Below are positions 25,167 through 36,602 of a DNA stretch of 39,323 bases, piece after piece (position 1 is the first letter of the stretch; each line of letters starts with the position of its first letter). The notes below the pieces were generated by a model. That model was not told where the DNA came from. It searched no databases and worked only from the letters and a program-made list of their open reading frames with translations. This stretch comes from Basidiobolus ranarum. Taxonomy: Eukaryota. The stretch spans positions 1 to 39,323 of the forward strand of contig JASJQH010006918.1 in NCBI GenBank assembly GCA_040143965.1, written 5' to 3'. Position numbers and translations under genes: made by a program.

Positions 25167-25525
25167 TTACATCTCATGCTATATTTTCTAGAAATATCTT
25201 ATTTATCTTACTGTTCTCTATAGGTCTGCATTCGTTGTAAATAAATCTCTTTCAGCATCCAATATCATATTTCATTTAGTTTGTTTATTTAAAGTATCAA
25301 CTTGAGTTTTTAAATTCATTTATCACCATGTATTGCTAGTTCTTGACTATTATTCATAGTTACGGTGAATGCTTCATATATCTATATATATATATATAGA
25401 ATAGTAAATTAGCTTTAGTGATTGCAGATAAATCTTCTCAATGAAGGTTATAAATTGCTTTTCATCATTCTTGTTACTATACGATTAAAATGTTGTCAGT
25501 AATTCTGGGGAATCAACATGAACAT

Positions 25526-28120
25526 TTAAAGCTCCTTTGTATCCATATCTTTTTCGCCTTGATAGGATGTCACCGGTTCGTCAATATTTTCTTCAACTGT
25601 CATACTATCCTCTACAGATGTTTGTCTTTGTGGAACATTAACTTCATTCGAGTGAGTACTCACTTGGATAATATCGCTGGCATTATTGGGGGGTTCGATG
25701 TTTGTACCAGTAGGTTGAATCATGGAGGATAACTGATAGGCATGATCATTTGAATCTTCATTTCTTTGAAAAATTGTGACTGGTTCTATTGTCAAATCTT
25801 CCTCTGTCTTGGTATGATCATCTAACACTGTTGGATACTTAAGAAATGTCATCTCAATATCTGTTACGGAATTGGAAGAATCTTTTGGTAAACAAAGATT
25901 ATTTTCCCTATCTCCTTCATCCGAATGCATGGCAGATTGTGCTTCATTTAGAGTGGTGATCTTATCCAATTCCCCTTCGATCAAGTTTGAACGTGCATTA
26001 ATTTCAGCACAAGGCTCAACGGCAATAGTATCTGAATATGGGGCATTATCGTTTCCTGATTCTTGTCCTAGATTCATTTCATCCTTAGTTTTGTCTTGGA
26101 TTGTGTTCTTTATCTGATCTATCTTCAATAAATCGAGAGATCTTGCTTCCGTCGAGGTTTCCTCCGTTTCCACGTTTGTAATCATTCCCGTATGTACGTT
26201 CTCGGTCACACATTCAACGATTCCACTTCCATCCTGGTGGTAGTCCCTACATTTAGTAAATTATACTAGGAATATTTGTAATCAACCATCTTACTTCCTT
26301 ATCACCCTTCAATCTGATAGCCATCGAACCTTCAGTTTCCGAACTTTCGGGAGTATTACTAAGTATTAGATATTCCGGTTCGTTGGAAAGGGTCTTTTGA
26401 GTGTTGAGTTCTTTTCTATAGGGAATTTCAACCTCAACTCTCGTCGCTTTGATGTAACTTTCTACTTCGCTTTGAGTTATAATCGAAGAATTTTCCAATT
26501 TTCGAACTGGAAAAAAAGAGAACTCAGTATTATTGACTTCACACACCATTAACAATTGTATTAGTTGATCGTGAGTTAAAGATTTGAAATAATCCTCCTT
26601 CTAATTGAATAAAAAATCGGTGTCTAGATTTTACTCATCAATGTTGGTGCAGATATAAAAAGAATACTTACCTGTGCAAAAGTCAACCCTACTCCGTTTA
26701 TTTCCATTTTAACTTTTAGGGGGATTCGCGTATTTGAGGAACTGTCAATTGGTTTGGGATCACCAAGGTTACACTGGCAACTTTCGTGAAGATCGTTGTA
26801 TATCCGATTAAATGGTGCATACAATTCATAATTATTCCGGGACTCAACGCAGTGAACTTGTTTAATTGAATCCAAATCCTTGCCTACGGTAGTCAATGTT
26901 GTTGTGCAATTATCACAAGTCCAAGAATCTTTCATATCTTTGGTCACTCCATGAGGTTGAGCATAGCAGGCACGGTGAAATGGTTGATGACATTGATCAC
27001 AAATTAAAAGTAGTTCACTTTCAATCAAGTTTCCATTTTGACATGAATTACAGATAAATTTGGAACCAGTAGACTCTTGTGGGGTATTACCAACGTTTGT
27101 GATATTTCCATTATCAAGAGAATCAGAGGACTCGGTGGAATGATCCACTTTGGATTTATTTGATTTGCGACGTTTCGTTACGCTCTTATTCTTATCATCA
27201 CCGTAATCTACTTTACGCTTAGTTTTCTTGGAACATCTCTTGGATTTACTAACTATCATGTATATATCAATATGTGTAGAGACGTATTAATACGTGTTGA
27301 ATGCCAAGTGTATATCTAACCCGAAAAATCAGTCGGTGAATAATGAATCGTTTGACGAATTCGCCTTCCAGATTTTGTTGTAGGTTCTTCATAGTTTGGA
27401 ACTATACTCATATGAATGTGACCAAGTCATTCAGGTAAAAGAAGCTAGACTACATACCTGTGGATTTCCACGCTTCCAACTGCCTTGCCTGTTGAAAGTC
27501 TAGGTGGTTGAGTCCTTCTGAGTTTTTTGTACGTCGAGTTTTCCTATTGAGCATGCTAAAGGTAAAAGTAGAAGAAAGATGAAGAATCGTTCATCAGGTT
27601 CATGGTGAAATTTGTAAATTTATTTCAGAATATATGCATGATTAAATCACAGATTAAACCTTGGTTTGAAACGAAGCATAGTATTGTGCGGTGTGGTATG
27701 GAGGAGTGTTTATTGTCCAAACTCCTTTATGAATCACATACATATTTAACTTTCTTGAATAGTTTATTTTTCTTGGCCGGTGGGTTTGTGGCAGTCAGTA
27801 CAGTGCCGTATAGAACATCAAGTGGTGGACACCATCTATTGTGATTGGTTTTCCATTACCAGAAGCTGCTTGTGTCTGACTGCAAGATTCCAATGATATT
27901 TGGCTTGTTCATAATTTAATAATCGATCGTGTAAGCGAAAGGGGCTTATCCCTTTCATGGTTTCATTGGAGTCCCAACAAGTTGGGGGAATTGAGGGTAC
28001 ATATTTGATATCTGGTGTAGCGTAAGCTCTGCTGTCAGTGGGTTTAATACTTGTGAAAGCTTCCCTTTCAATTCGGCATCGTTTGGTATTGGGTATATTT
28101 GTTGGTTGCCGCTCCATCAT
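25526..28120 (-). CDS. PHD-finger protein with basic NLS-like segment and long acidic C-terminal tail, multi-exon
   Basis: C4HC3 motif CNSC...LLICDQCHQPFHRAC...WTCDNC in ORF 26624-27259. Neighbouring minus-strand ORFs are separated by GT-AG introns. The 5' exon structure and start are uncertain. Confidence 0.65.
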
Positions 28121-29140
28121 GATTGGATTTTCAATGTGATTGGAGGAAGCTTAATGAACAGAAGATACACAGCAGAAGGTGTTAAAGAATACGGGTGGGT
28201 TGAAGAATATGGGTTACTACATGCAGAGCAAGCTGTGAATAGCCACACATGGGGTTTATATTCGTAAGCTGAAAACGTGATTAATACTCCTTCTTTGTTT
28301 ACCACGCATTAACCCAACCCTGAGTATATGCATTTTAAGGTCGGTGTTGCTTTACATGCCAGATCAGTTTCAAGGCTAACGATAGGAACATAGATGATTT
28401 GTTGTTGATGCACTGTTATTTATATCTCAATGGCTACTACTAGGGAATTATAAGACGCGCAGCTTGGTGCGAGAGCATTGATTTTTAAAATCTCTAATAA
28501 ATGTGCAGAGGAATGCATTAGTTATTATGATTCATGGTAGTAGCTGTAGTAGATCAATAATCATCAGGTAAATAGCCCAGTCAGTGGTGATAGGTGCAGA
28601 AGTATCCCATTTACATTTATTATCGACTTCTGAACCTTGTACCATTTAATTAACTCCCGATAATTTATAGTTTTGTGTAACGTGTTCAAGGTTCCAATTC
28701 CTACTGTTGTTTCAGATAGATTAAGAAGAGTTAGCCAGTTAAAGTAATGGATCGAGTATATGATATAAATCAAGATCCACGAGTCTTAACGCACATCGCT
28801 CCCATTTATTGATTTTCGCACACTCGGTTTATCCATTTTTTTTTCCACGCATCGTGAGAAGGCATACTCTTGCCAGTATGTGGAATTACCAAATGGCGCA
28901 AATACGGGCTATGGCTACGATACGTAAAGGAAATAGATTTGGTAGCTCCGCAGAATATATGGACTTGTGGCAATAGTCTCACGATTCATGGTTCTACAAG
29001 GTTACATCACGGGGACATATTAAGTGAAAAGACAGGACAAATGCATACAAATAGTAGGGAAATCCGCAGAGAAATCTTCTTTAATCTTCATATTCTTAAC
29101 TTTCAGTAATCTCTCTCCTAAACGTTCCAGAGAATAAGAT

Positions 29141-30917
29141 ATGACTTCCTTTGACGACGCTAAAGGTAATCTAATCTGAGTCTCGGTAGTGACCAGACTT
29201 CTAACCGAATTCAATTTAGGTCACGAGCTTTCTGTTTGCGACGGAAGTAAAGCCATTCCTGAAGATCAAGATGAGGAGCATTCCAGAAGAACGGGCTCTA
29301 GTTTTGGTGCATATTTTAACGTCATGTAAATACTGATTTATTCTTTATCGCACCAAGAAGCTCACTAACATTGATTTATAGTTGTGTGATTGCTGGTACC
29401 GGAACTATATCCTTCAAGCCCTTAATTCTCTACATCCATTGATCCCATTTGACCTGATATATGTATTCCTTAACTTGTTCTTACCTCCAACTTCCATATT
29501 CCTTGAAGCAGGGTGGATGGATCGGTGTATTTTTGATGTTTCTTTCAGCTGTTATTGCTGTCTATTCTGGCCATTTGTTGGTCAAGTGTCTGTATTATAA
29601 CAGGTATGCCACTTCCCAGTGTCACTTCAGGACCGAATGTTATTTAATCTTCACCTTAATTATAGAGTGTCTCGCCTCAAAAGTTATCCTTGCATTGGCG
29701 AGGCTGCCTTTGGAAGGGTTGGCAGAGTGGTTGTCCAGATCTTCCACTTCTCTATTCTTCTGGGGACTTCTTGCATCTACATCATGCTGACCGGCCTCAA
29801 TACACAAACTCTTTTGAAGCAATATGGTGTAGATATGAATCTGAAGATATTGTATGTTACTTGCATCATCGAGAACCTTTACATTTAACCCTAACCCAAC
29901 TGCCAGAATCACTATTGCAGCTGTCATAGCATGGATCCCCTTCATTCTACTCAAAACACTCAAAGAAGTGGCCATATTATCGTATGTATCTGTGATCTTC
30001 ATCTTTTCACAAATAATTTCTAAATGATGCCTCGGAGCGGATTTTAGCGTATTCGGAGTGATTGCTACTGCGATCGTAATCATTGTTTCCGCTGTGGTTG
30101 GTTTATTGGATTTGCCCAATAATCTACACCAAACTCACCATTTCGTAGTGCCCGCTGGCTTGCCCGTCGCCTTGGCATCCATCAGTTTCTCTTTTGGTGG
30201 GAATGTTATCTATGCGCATGTCGAGGGAACCATGAGACACCCCAAATCCTGGACCAGAATTCTTGGTTTGGCTGTGCTTACAATCTTACTCATGTACATC
30301 GTCATTGGTATTCCTGGGTATTATGTATATGGTGAAAACACCAAGTCACCCATTCTTGATAACCTACCAGAAGGTAAGATATATAGTTATCCGTTTCCTT
30401 CCGTCGAACACCCATGAATATATCTTCAATTATAGGCGCCGCCACCACTGTTGCCATCATCATGATCACTCTTCATGTTCTTCTTGCTGCTCCTATTATG
30501 ATGACGACCTTCGCCAATGAGGTACACAACATCTGCCCTGGTAATTAGCTAAATTCGTACTAACTTCTCTTCGTTCAGATGGAACATAGTTTCAAGATCG
30601 ACACAAAGTATCTTTCCAAGACCAAGGAGTTTGCCCTACGTCTAGCTCTTAGAACTGTGATCACCGTAGTCCTAGCTGTGGTTGCCATGACTATTCCATT
30701 CTTTGGAGACTTCATGTCATTGATTGGTGCACTTGCTAATTGCATGACTGTATTTGTCCTACCGATTGTATTCTATATCAAACTATATGGATTCCGCACT
30801 ATACGCATTTGGGAACTCTTATGGTGCTTCTTGGTTGTTGTGATCGGGTTGATTGGTTGTGTACTCGGTGCTACTGATGCTATTCAATCCCTTAAACGTC
30901 ACTTTGAGGAAGCGTAA
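29141..30917 (+). CDS. Aa_trans (AAAP/SLC32-36-38, Avt1-like) amino-acid transporter, multi-exon
   Basis: GSSFGAYFNVICVIAGTGT|LQLPYSLKQGGW, SYPCIGEAAFG, ISFSFGGNVIYAHVEGTMRHPK, IPFFGDFMSLIGA. Confidence 0.9.
29407..29484 (+). other. U12-type (minor spliceosome) AT-AC intron
   Basis: 5' splice site ATATCCTT at 29407, branch TTCCTTAAC at 29466-29474, 3' AC at 29483-29484. Removal restores the conserved AGTGT-LQLPY frame; retention gives an in-frame TGA. Confidence 0.92.
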
Positions 30918-31458
30918 TAGAATTTATATTACATACTGAATTACTAGTTTTTCATTCACTGAACTCGTTGGAGTTTCGCATCATAAATATTCTTTTCTGC
31001 TCATTAATCTACTCCCATTCCTTACCCGACCATCATCAAACTGGGTTGGGTTTCTATTGTTAGTAGTTATGTGCTTCATAAATGTTAGTAGAATGTATCA
31101 CTGTTCTACCTGTATTGCCTGAATGACCATCGTTAGCCAACCCTATGTAAACAGCCTTCTAAATATGTGAAAAATGATTGGTGTAATAAACTTATGAAGA
31201 TAATTTGATGATGTTTATTTCAATGCATTCCGAAGTTTAAGAGAATCTAATCCTGCATAGTTGGAATTTTTCATGCACCTTATCTACGTTACAACGTCAC
31301 TAGGGAGTTGAAAGCAAATCATTATTTATTATTGATATTGGTAATACAATAAAGTTAATACTGAAGATATATACTTTGCATTGTTTAGAATCGGTAAAAT
31401 TCTTGGGTAAATATTGTACATGGATATATATATATAGAGTATGAATTTCAATTTAAGC

Positions 31459-33372
31459 TTAATCCAATTCTTCAACAGTTGGTTCACTACCTGGGAATCT
31501 TTCTGGGGTTGAAGGAGTAGCTCCAGAGGCTCCACCAGTGGTCTGGTACATCTTAGTCATAATGGGATTGGCGATACCTTCCAACTCCTTTTGCTTTTCT
31601 TTGTACTCCTCCTTAGAAGCTTCTTGACTCGCGTCTAACCAGCTGATGGTACTATTGATAACCTCTTCTAGTTTCTTTTTGTCATCCGCTTCCAATTGAT
31701 CAGTAACCTTCTCATCTTGAAGTGTGTTCCGAAGTGAGTAGGCATAGGATTCAAGTCCATTCTTAGCAGAGATACGAGAAGCAACCTCTTCATCCTCAGT
31801 CTTATACTTCTCAGCTTCGGAGATCATACGTTCAATATCCTCTTTAGAAAGACGTCCTTTATCATTGGTAATGGTAATCCTATTGGAACGACCGGTAGTT
31901 TTATCCAGAGCAGATACATTCAAGATACCATTAGCGTCAATATCGAATGTAACCTCAATTTGGGGAACCCCACGAGGGGCTGGGGGAATTCCAGAGAGTT
32001 CAAACTTACCAAGAATATCATTATCTCTGGTGCGAGCACGTTCACCTTGAAATACTTGAATCAATACGCCAGGTTGATTATCAGCATAGGTAGAGAAGAT
32101 TTCGGATTTCTTGGCAGGAACAGTGGTATTTCTTTTGATCAAAGGAGTCATCACTCCACCTGCAGTTTCAATACCCAATGAGAGTGGAGTTATATCGATT
32201 AAGAGTAAATCTTGAGTCTTCTCGGAGGTATCTCCAGACAGAATAGCTGCTTGAACAGCAGCTCCGTAGGCGACTGCCTCATCGGGGTTGATGGATTTGT
32301 TGGGTATCTTACCATTAAAGTAGTCAGAAACGAGTTTTTGAATCTTAGGTATACGAGTGGATCCACCCACGAGAACGATCTCGTGAACGTTAGCTTTATC
32401 TATCTTCGAATCACGAAGAACCTTCTCAACAGGATCTATAGTGGAGCGAAATAAATCTTGGCAAAGTTCCTCGAATCTAGCACGTGTTAAGGAGGTATAG
32501 AAGTCAACACCTTCGAATAAAGAGTCAATTTCGATGGATGTTTGAGCGATAGATGAGAGAGCTCTCTTGGCACGCTCGCAAGCAGTTCTGAGACGACGAA
32601 GAGCACGAGGATTGTCAGATAAATCTTTCTTGTTTTTACGCTTGAACTCCTGGGCAAAGTGATTAACAAGACGGTTGTCAAAATCTTCTCCTCCCAAGTG
32701 GGTATCACCAGCAGTGGCTTTAACTTCAAAAATACCATCTTCAATAGTTAAAAGAGAGACATCAAAGGTACCTCCACCAAGATCGAAGATGAGAACATTC
32801 TTCTCACCGCTGGATTTTTGATCAAGGCCATAAGCAATGGCAGCAGCAGTAGGTTCGTTAATGATACGAAGAACATTCATACCAGCAATAGCACCAGCAT
32901 CCTTAGTAGCTTGACGTTGAGAGTCATTAAAGTAGGCTGGAACAGTGACAACAGCGTTCTTAACTTCAGTACCAAGGTAGGCTTCCGCTGTCTTTTTCAT
33001 CTTAAGTAAGATCATGGAAGAGATTTCTTCAGGAGTAAAGGTTTTTGTTTCTCCTTTGTAATCGACTTGGATCAGCGGCTTGGTATCCTTGTCAACAACC
33101 TTGAAAGGCCAATGCTTCATATCAGATTGGACTTCCGAGTCGTTGAAACGGCGACCGATGAGGCGCTTGGCATCGAAAACACTGTTGGTGGGGTTCATGG
33201 CGACTTGGTTTTTGGCGGCATCACCTATAAGACGCTCCGAGTCATTGAAGGCGACGTAGGATGGGGTAGTTCTATTACCTTGATCATTGGCAATGATCTC
33301 AACACGATCATTTTGCCAGACGCCGACACAAGAGTAAGTGGTGCCCAAATCAATTCCGACAGCTTTAGACAT
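31459..33372 (-). CDS. HSP70: Cytosolic Hsp70 (SSA-type), intronless
   Basis: 637 aa with [21 protein letters not shown] and [12 protein letters not shown]-terminus EPTVEELD. Confidence 0.97.
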   Translation of the reverse strand: MSKAVGIDLGTTYSCVGVWQNDRVEIIANDQGNRTTPSYVAFNDSERLIGDAAKNQVAMNPTNSVFDAKRLIGRRFNDSEVQSDMKHWPFKVVDKDTKPLIQVDYKGETKTFTPEEISSMILLKMKKTAEAYLGTEVKNAVVTVPAYFNDSQRQATKDAGAIAGMNVLRIINEPTAAAIAYGLDQKSSGEKNVLIFDLGGGTFDVSLLTIEDGIFEVKATAGDTHLGGEDFDNRLVNHFAQEFKRKNKKDLSDNPRALRRLRTACERAKRALSSIAQTSIEIDSLFEGVDFYTSLTRARFEELCQDLFRSTIDPVEKVLRDSKIDKANVHEIVLVGGSTRIPKIQKLVSDYFNGKIPNKSINPDEAVAYGAAVQAAILSGDTSEKTQDLLLIDITPLSLGIETAGGVMTPLIKRNTTVPAKKSEIFSTYADNQPGVLIQVFQGERARTRDNDILGKFELSGIPPAPRGVPQIEVTFDIDANGILNVSALDKTTGRSNRITITNDKGRLSKEDIERMISEAEKYKTEDEEVASRISAKNGLESYAYSLRNTLQDEKVTDQLEADDKKKLEEVINSTISWLDASQEASKEEYKEKQKELEGIANPIMTKMYQTTGGASGATPSTPERFPGSEPTVEELD

Positions 33373-34088
33373 TCCTTTATGGTGTATATAATGTGTTGTA
33401 TAGAGTGTTTATGGAGTATGTTAGAAAGTAAAAGATGTAACTTTACTGAGTTCTATGGTTATGAGTATACTCTTTTTATAGTTTATTTGAAGAAGTTAGT
33501 GATTGTGCACGAATACTCTCATAAATTCTAGCATATTCCCGCTATGTTGGCTATCCCATAGCCCTAAGCTATCCCTAAATGACCGTTTCCGCAATCCCTT
33601 TTCTAAGTAAATTACATCGTTTATTCGTTGGGATTTATTTATCAAGTTACTGCTTATTTCTCCCTGTTTAGAACATTATAGTTTATGAGATACCTAGTAA
33701 CCAGTTCGTCTCTTCACTTGTAAAGACACAGGTTATTTTTTTTCGTGTCCACTGTCATACAAGCCACTCTCAACAATTCTAAGCCTTATATCTCAAGAAG
33801 GTTTGAGGAATCCTGCTATGATGTATCGCTGTACTTAATTGTGATGCTACTTCAGGTGATACTTCTAGAGTTGGGATTTTTTTAAACTCACTTTAGATGT
33901 GAACATAATATTCAATAAGCCAGATGATATTTAAAGTATTAGATACGTAGTGCTGGATTACCTAACAAACGATTCAAATAGCTCTTAGAGTTGGTAGCAT
34001 GAAATATGTCCAAAGAGCGTTTAATAAATCGTGGAATTTTGTGGAGCTCCTCATTAATAATAAATAATCTTTCATTTTTCCGGGGATT

Positions 34089-34157
34089 GAGCGACGGAAT
34101 AATTTATCTAGAATTAGTAAACCATTAAGAGCGCCGGAATAATAGGTCTAGAATTAG
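34089..34157 (+). promoter_or_regulatory. Duplicated 29-bp element upstream of the pirin TATA box
   Basis: gagcgacggaataatttatctagaattag (34089-34117) and gagcgccggaataataggtctagaattag (34129-34157), 25/29 identical; TATAAAAG at about 34207. Confidence 0.55.
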
Positions 34158-34280
34158 ATATAAAAAAGTGGCTCTAATTGGGAGTATTTTTCCGAGACCG
34201 AGTGAGTATAAAAGGGGTTGGATTGAGCTCAGAGTTTCATCAATTGAATTTTAAAATTCTTATACACCTGATTACACATT

Positions 34281-35150
34281 ATGACAGTTCAAAGATATAT
34301 TACGAGTAAAGTCGAGGCTATTGCTCAATCCGAAGGAGATGGTGCTCGAGTTAGAAGAAGTATTGGAACTAGTGCACTCGAAAATTTTGACCCTTTCTTA
34401 ATGCTTGATGAATTTATGGTCGAGCCTCCTGCGGGATTTCCAGATCACCCCCATCGTGGTTTTGAGACAGTTACGTATATGCTCGACGGAATAGTCGCTC
34501 ACGAAGATTTCGCAGGTCATCAAGGTAAGATTGGACCCGGAGATCTTCAATGGATGACTGCCGGTCGTGGTATTGTGCATGCGGAGATGCCACAAACTAA
34601 GTGCCGAGGCCTTCAACTATGGGTCAATCTTAGTGCCGTTGATAAAATGTGTGAGCCACGTTACCAGGAGCTCTTGGACAAAGATATTCCAAGAGTATCA
34701 CCACCAGGGGTTAATGCAGTGATCAAGGTGATTGCTGGAAATTCCTTTGGAGTCAGCAGTCCCGTAGTTACCAAAACGCCGACCATGTATCTTGACTTTA
34801 AGGTAGGCAAGAACTCCAAATTTGAGCAGATCATCCCAGAGAGTTTCCAAGGCTTCCTTTATATACTGGAAGGGGAAGGATACTTTGGTTCCAAAAATAC
34901 ACTAGGGAAAGCACACTACACACTGACACTCAGCGAAGAGGGTGGCACAATCAGCATAGAGACCAAGGAGAGGTCAGTTCATTTTGTACTTGTAGCTGGT
35001 GAGCCGATCAAGGAACCAATTGTTCAATATGGGCCATTTGTCATGAATCATGCGAGTGATATCCAACGCACATTTATCGACTACCGTATGGGAATTAATG
35101 GCTTCGAGCGAGCCCGTACATGGCGTTCAAAGATTGGAAATCGTCATTAA
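34281..35150 (+). CDS. Pirin (iron-binding bicupin), intronless
   Basis: DPFLMLDEF, GFPDHPHRGFETVTY, QWMTAGRGIVHAE, GLQLWVNL, EPIVQYGPFVMN. Confidence 0.95.
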   Translation: MTVQRYITSKVEAIAQSEGDGARVRRSIGTSALENFDPFLMLDEFMVEPPAGFPDHPHRGFETVTYMLDGIVAHEDFAGHQGKIGPGDLQWMTAGRGIVHAEMPQTKCRGLQLWVNLSAVDKMCEPRYQELLDKDIPRVSPPGVNAVIKVIAGNSFGVSSPVVTKTPTMYLDFKVGKNSKFEQIIPESFQGFLYILEGEGYFGSKNTLGKAHYTLTLSEEGGTISIETKERSVHFVLVAGEPIKEPIVQYGPFVMNHASDIQRTFIDYRMGINGFERARTWRSKIGNRH

Positions 35151-35397
35151 ATGATCACAGAATTGTACTGTACTATTCCTTTGTATTTTAAACTATCTAG
35201 TGAATAAATGAATAATCTACTTGCCAATTTTTCTCACCATAAACTGTTAAATTATGCTCGAATTTAGTTTGAGAACGCTCATGTTTTGACTTTAACTACT
35301 GATGTTCAAGAATATAGTTAAATTCTGAAGAGAAACCAACTAATCATTTATTAGGAATAGCAGTTGAATTGAATTTTAAAATTTCTCTTTCAACCAA

Positions 35398-35469
35398 GCC
35401 TGCTTAGCGCAGTGGTAGCGCGTCAGTCTCGTAAACTGAAGGTCGCCAGTTCAATCCCGGCAGTAGGCA
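35398..35469 (+). tRNA. tRNA-Thr(CGU)
   Basis: Cloverleaf: acceptor GCCTGCT/AGTAGGC, D arm GCGC/GCGC, anticodon arm TCAGT-CTCGTAA-ACTGA, T loop TTCAATC, one A52-C62 mismatch. Pol III terminator TTTTT follows. Confidence 0.88.
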
Positions 35470-36602
35470 AACAATTTTTATTTGTATTCGAGTTGAACAT
35501 AATTTATTACTGTATACGGATGATCAACTTAATATCGTTGATAGTTACAATTCAAAACAAGTGCTGGAGTAACAGATTAATCCTGACCATATTCTTATTG
35601 TATTCTTCTTACGTGTAACGATGGTTCATTGTTGTCACAAACCAATGGATAGCCATTTTACGAGAAGAGACTAACCGGAAACATACGCAAACCGGTCACT
35701 ATTAACATTTTATTCAGTGATTCGACTCCAAAGGTTTCATTAAAACCAATGATTGTATTTACCATTCATTATGAAGAGAACACCTATGAGTCAGTGCTGA
35801 GTCTTGTATATATACCGGCTCTCTCATAGTATATAATTATCTTTGTATTATTGCTAAATGCGTTCATATGTCTATCAAAACAGTGCTTAGAGCTAAAAAA
35901 TCCATAGTATGACATGCGTGTCTTGACTACTCTGAGCTGGAATAACCTACAATACCACTTGATTCAATATACGGAGCTCATAGGAGACTTGGATTGGGCT
36001 GCCGTATCCTGATTGTGCTATCTTCAACACGATCAACTTTCATTCTTTATCCAACCGGTAACGCCTTCCTCAGCAGCATACTTCGTGATCACATTGAGCC
36101 AGATACAGCACTACACACACTGTATTTACATTTGCACTAACCCCACTAGCCGAAGGAGCAAGAAACAAAGGAAAATTCCATCTAAAGTTGGTTACTCGTA
36201 AACTCCACAGCATGTATATGAGATAGGGCATGATTTATGAAGTCTGTAGATTTGTTAAGTGTTATGGGTCAGTATTGTTGAATTTCTTTACTAACGACGA
36301 TGGTATCTAAATATGACTGTTGACTCGATGGGTTACTGTTAGAGAGCGGGATCGTTTGTGCACGAATATATCTAGATAAGATGGGGTAATGATTATCTCG
36401 GCGGTTTAAGAGTTACTACTATTTGCTCTGAGATGTTGTATTCTTTTTCTGGGTAATGACTAATTACCCAAATTCCATTCGCATGAGAACGAGTTTACTT
36501 TGAAACAGAAACAATAGCAAGCCAAGCCACCAAGAGAGGGATTTTAGCCTATAAAGATGGTCAATACCTCAGCATAGAATTTATTAATCAAGCACAATCA
36601 AA

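Larger units (their letters stand above)
23170..25260 (+). ncRNA. Spliced non-protein-coding snoRNA host gene: 10 short exons and 9 introns, each intron holding one box C/D snoRNA
   Basis: Introns 23227-23412, 23463-23629, 23701-23870, 23932-24098, 24157-24323, 24385-24549, 24613-24783/7, 24845-25003, 25056-25223. All have GTRRGT/GTAATT-like donors and YAG acceptors, most with a CTAA/TTAAC-like branch point. Internal exons are 50-70 nt with no ORF in the track. AATAAA at 25240. Transcript ends are approximate. Confidence 0.8.

Noticed and set aside
31865-33531. Several plus-strand ORFs antisense to Hsp70
   Set aside because: Antisense open frames are a familiar by-product of Hsp70 codon usage; no independent support.
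35412-35618. 68-aa ORF overlapping the tRNA
   Set aside because: Spurious: it starts at a GTG inside the tRNA gene and has no protein features.
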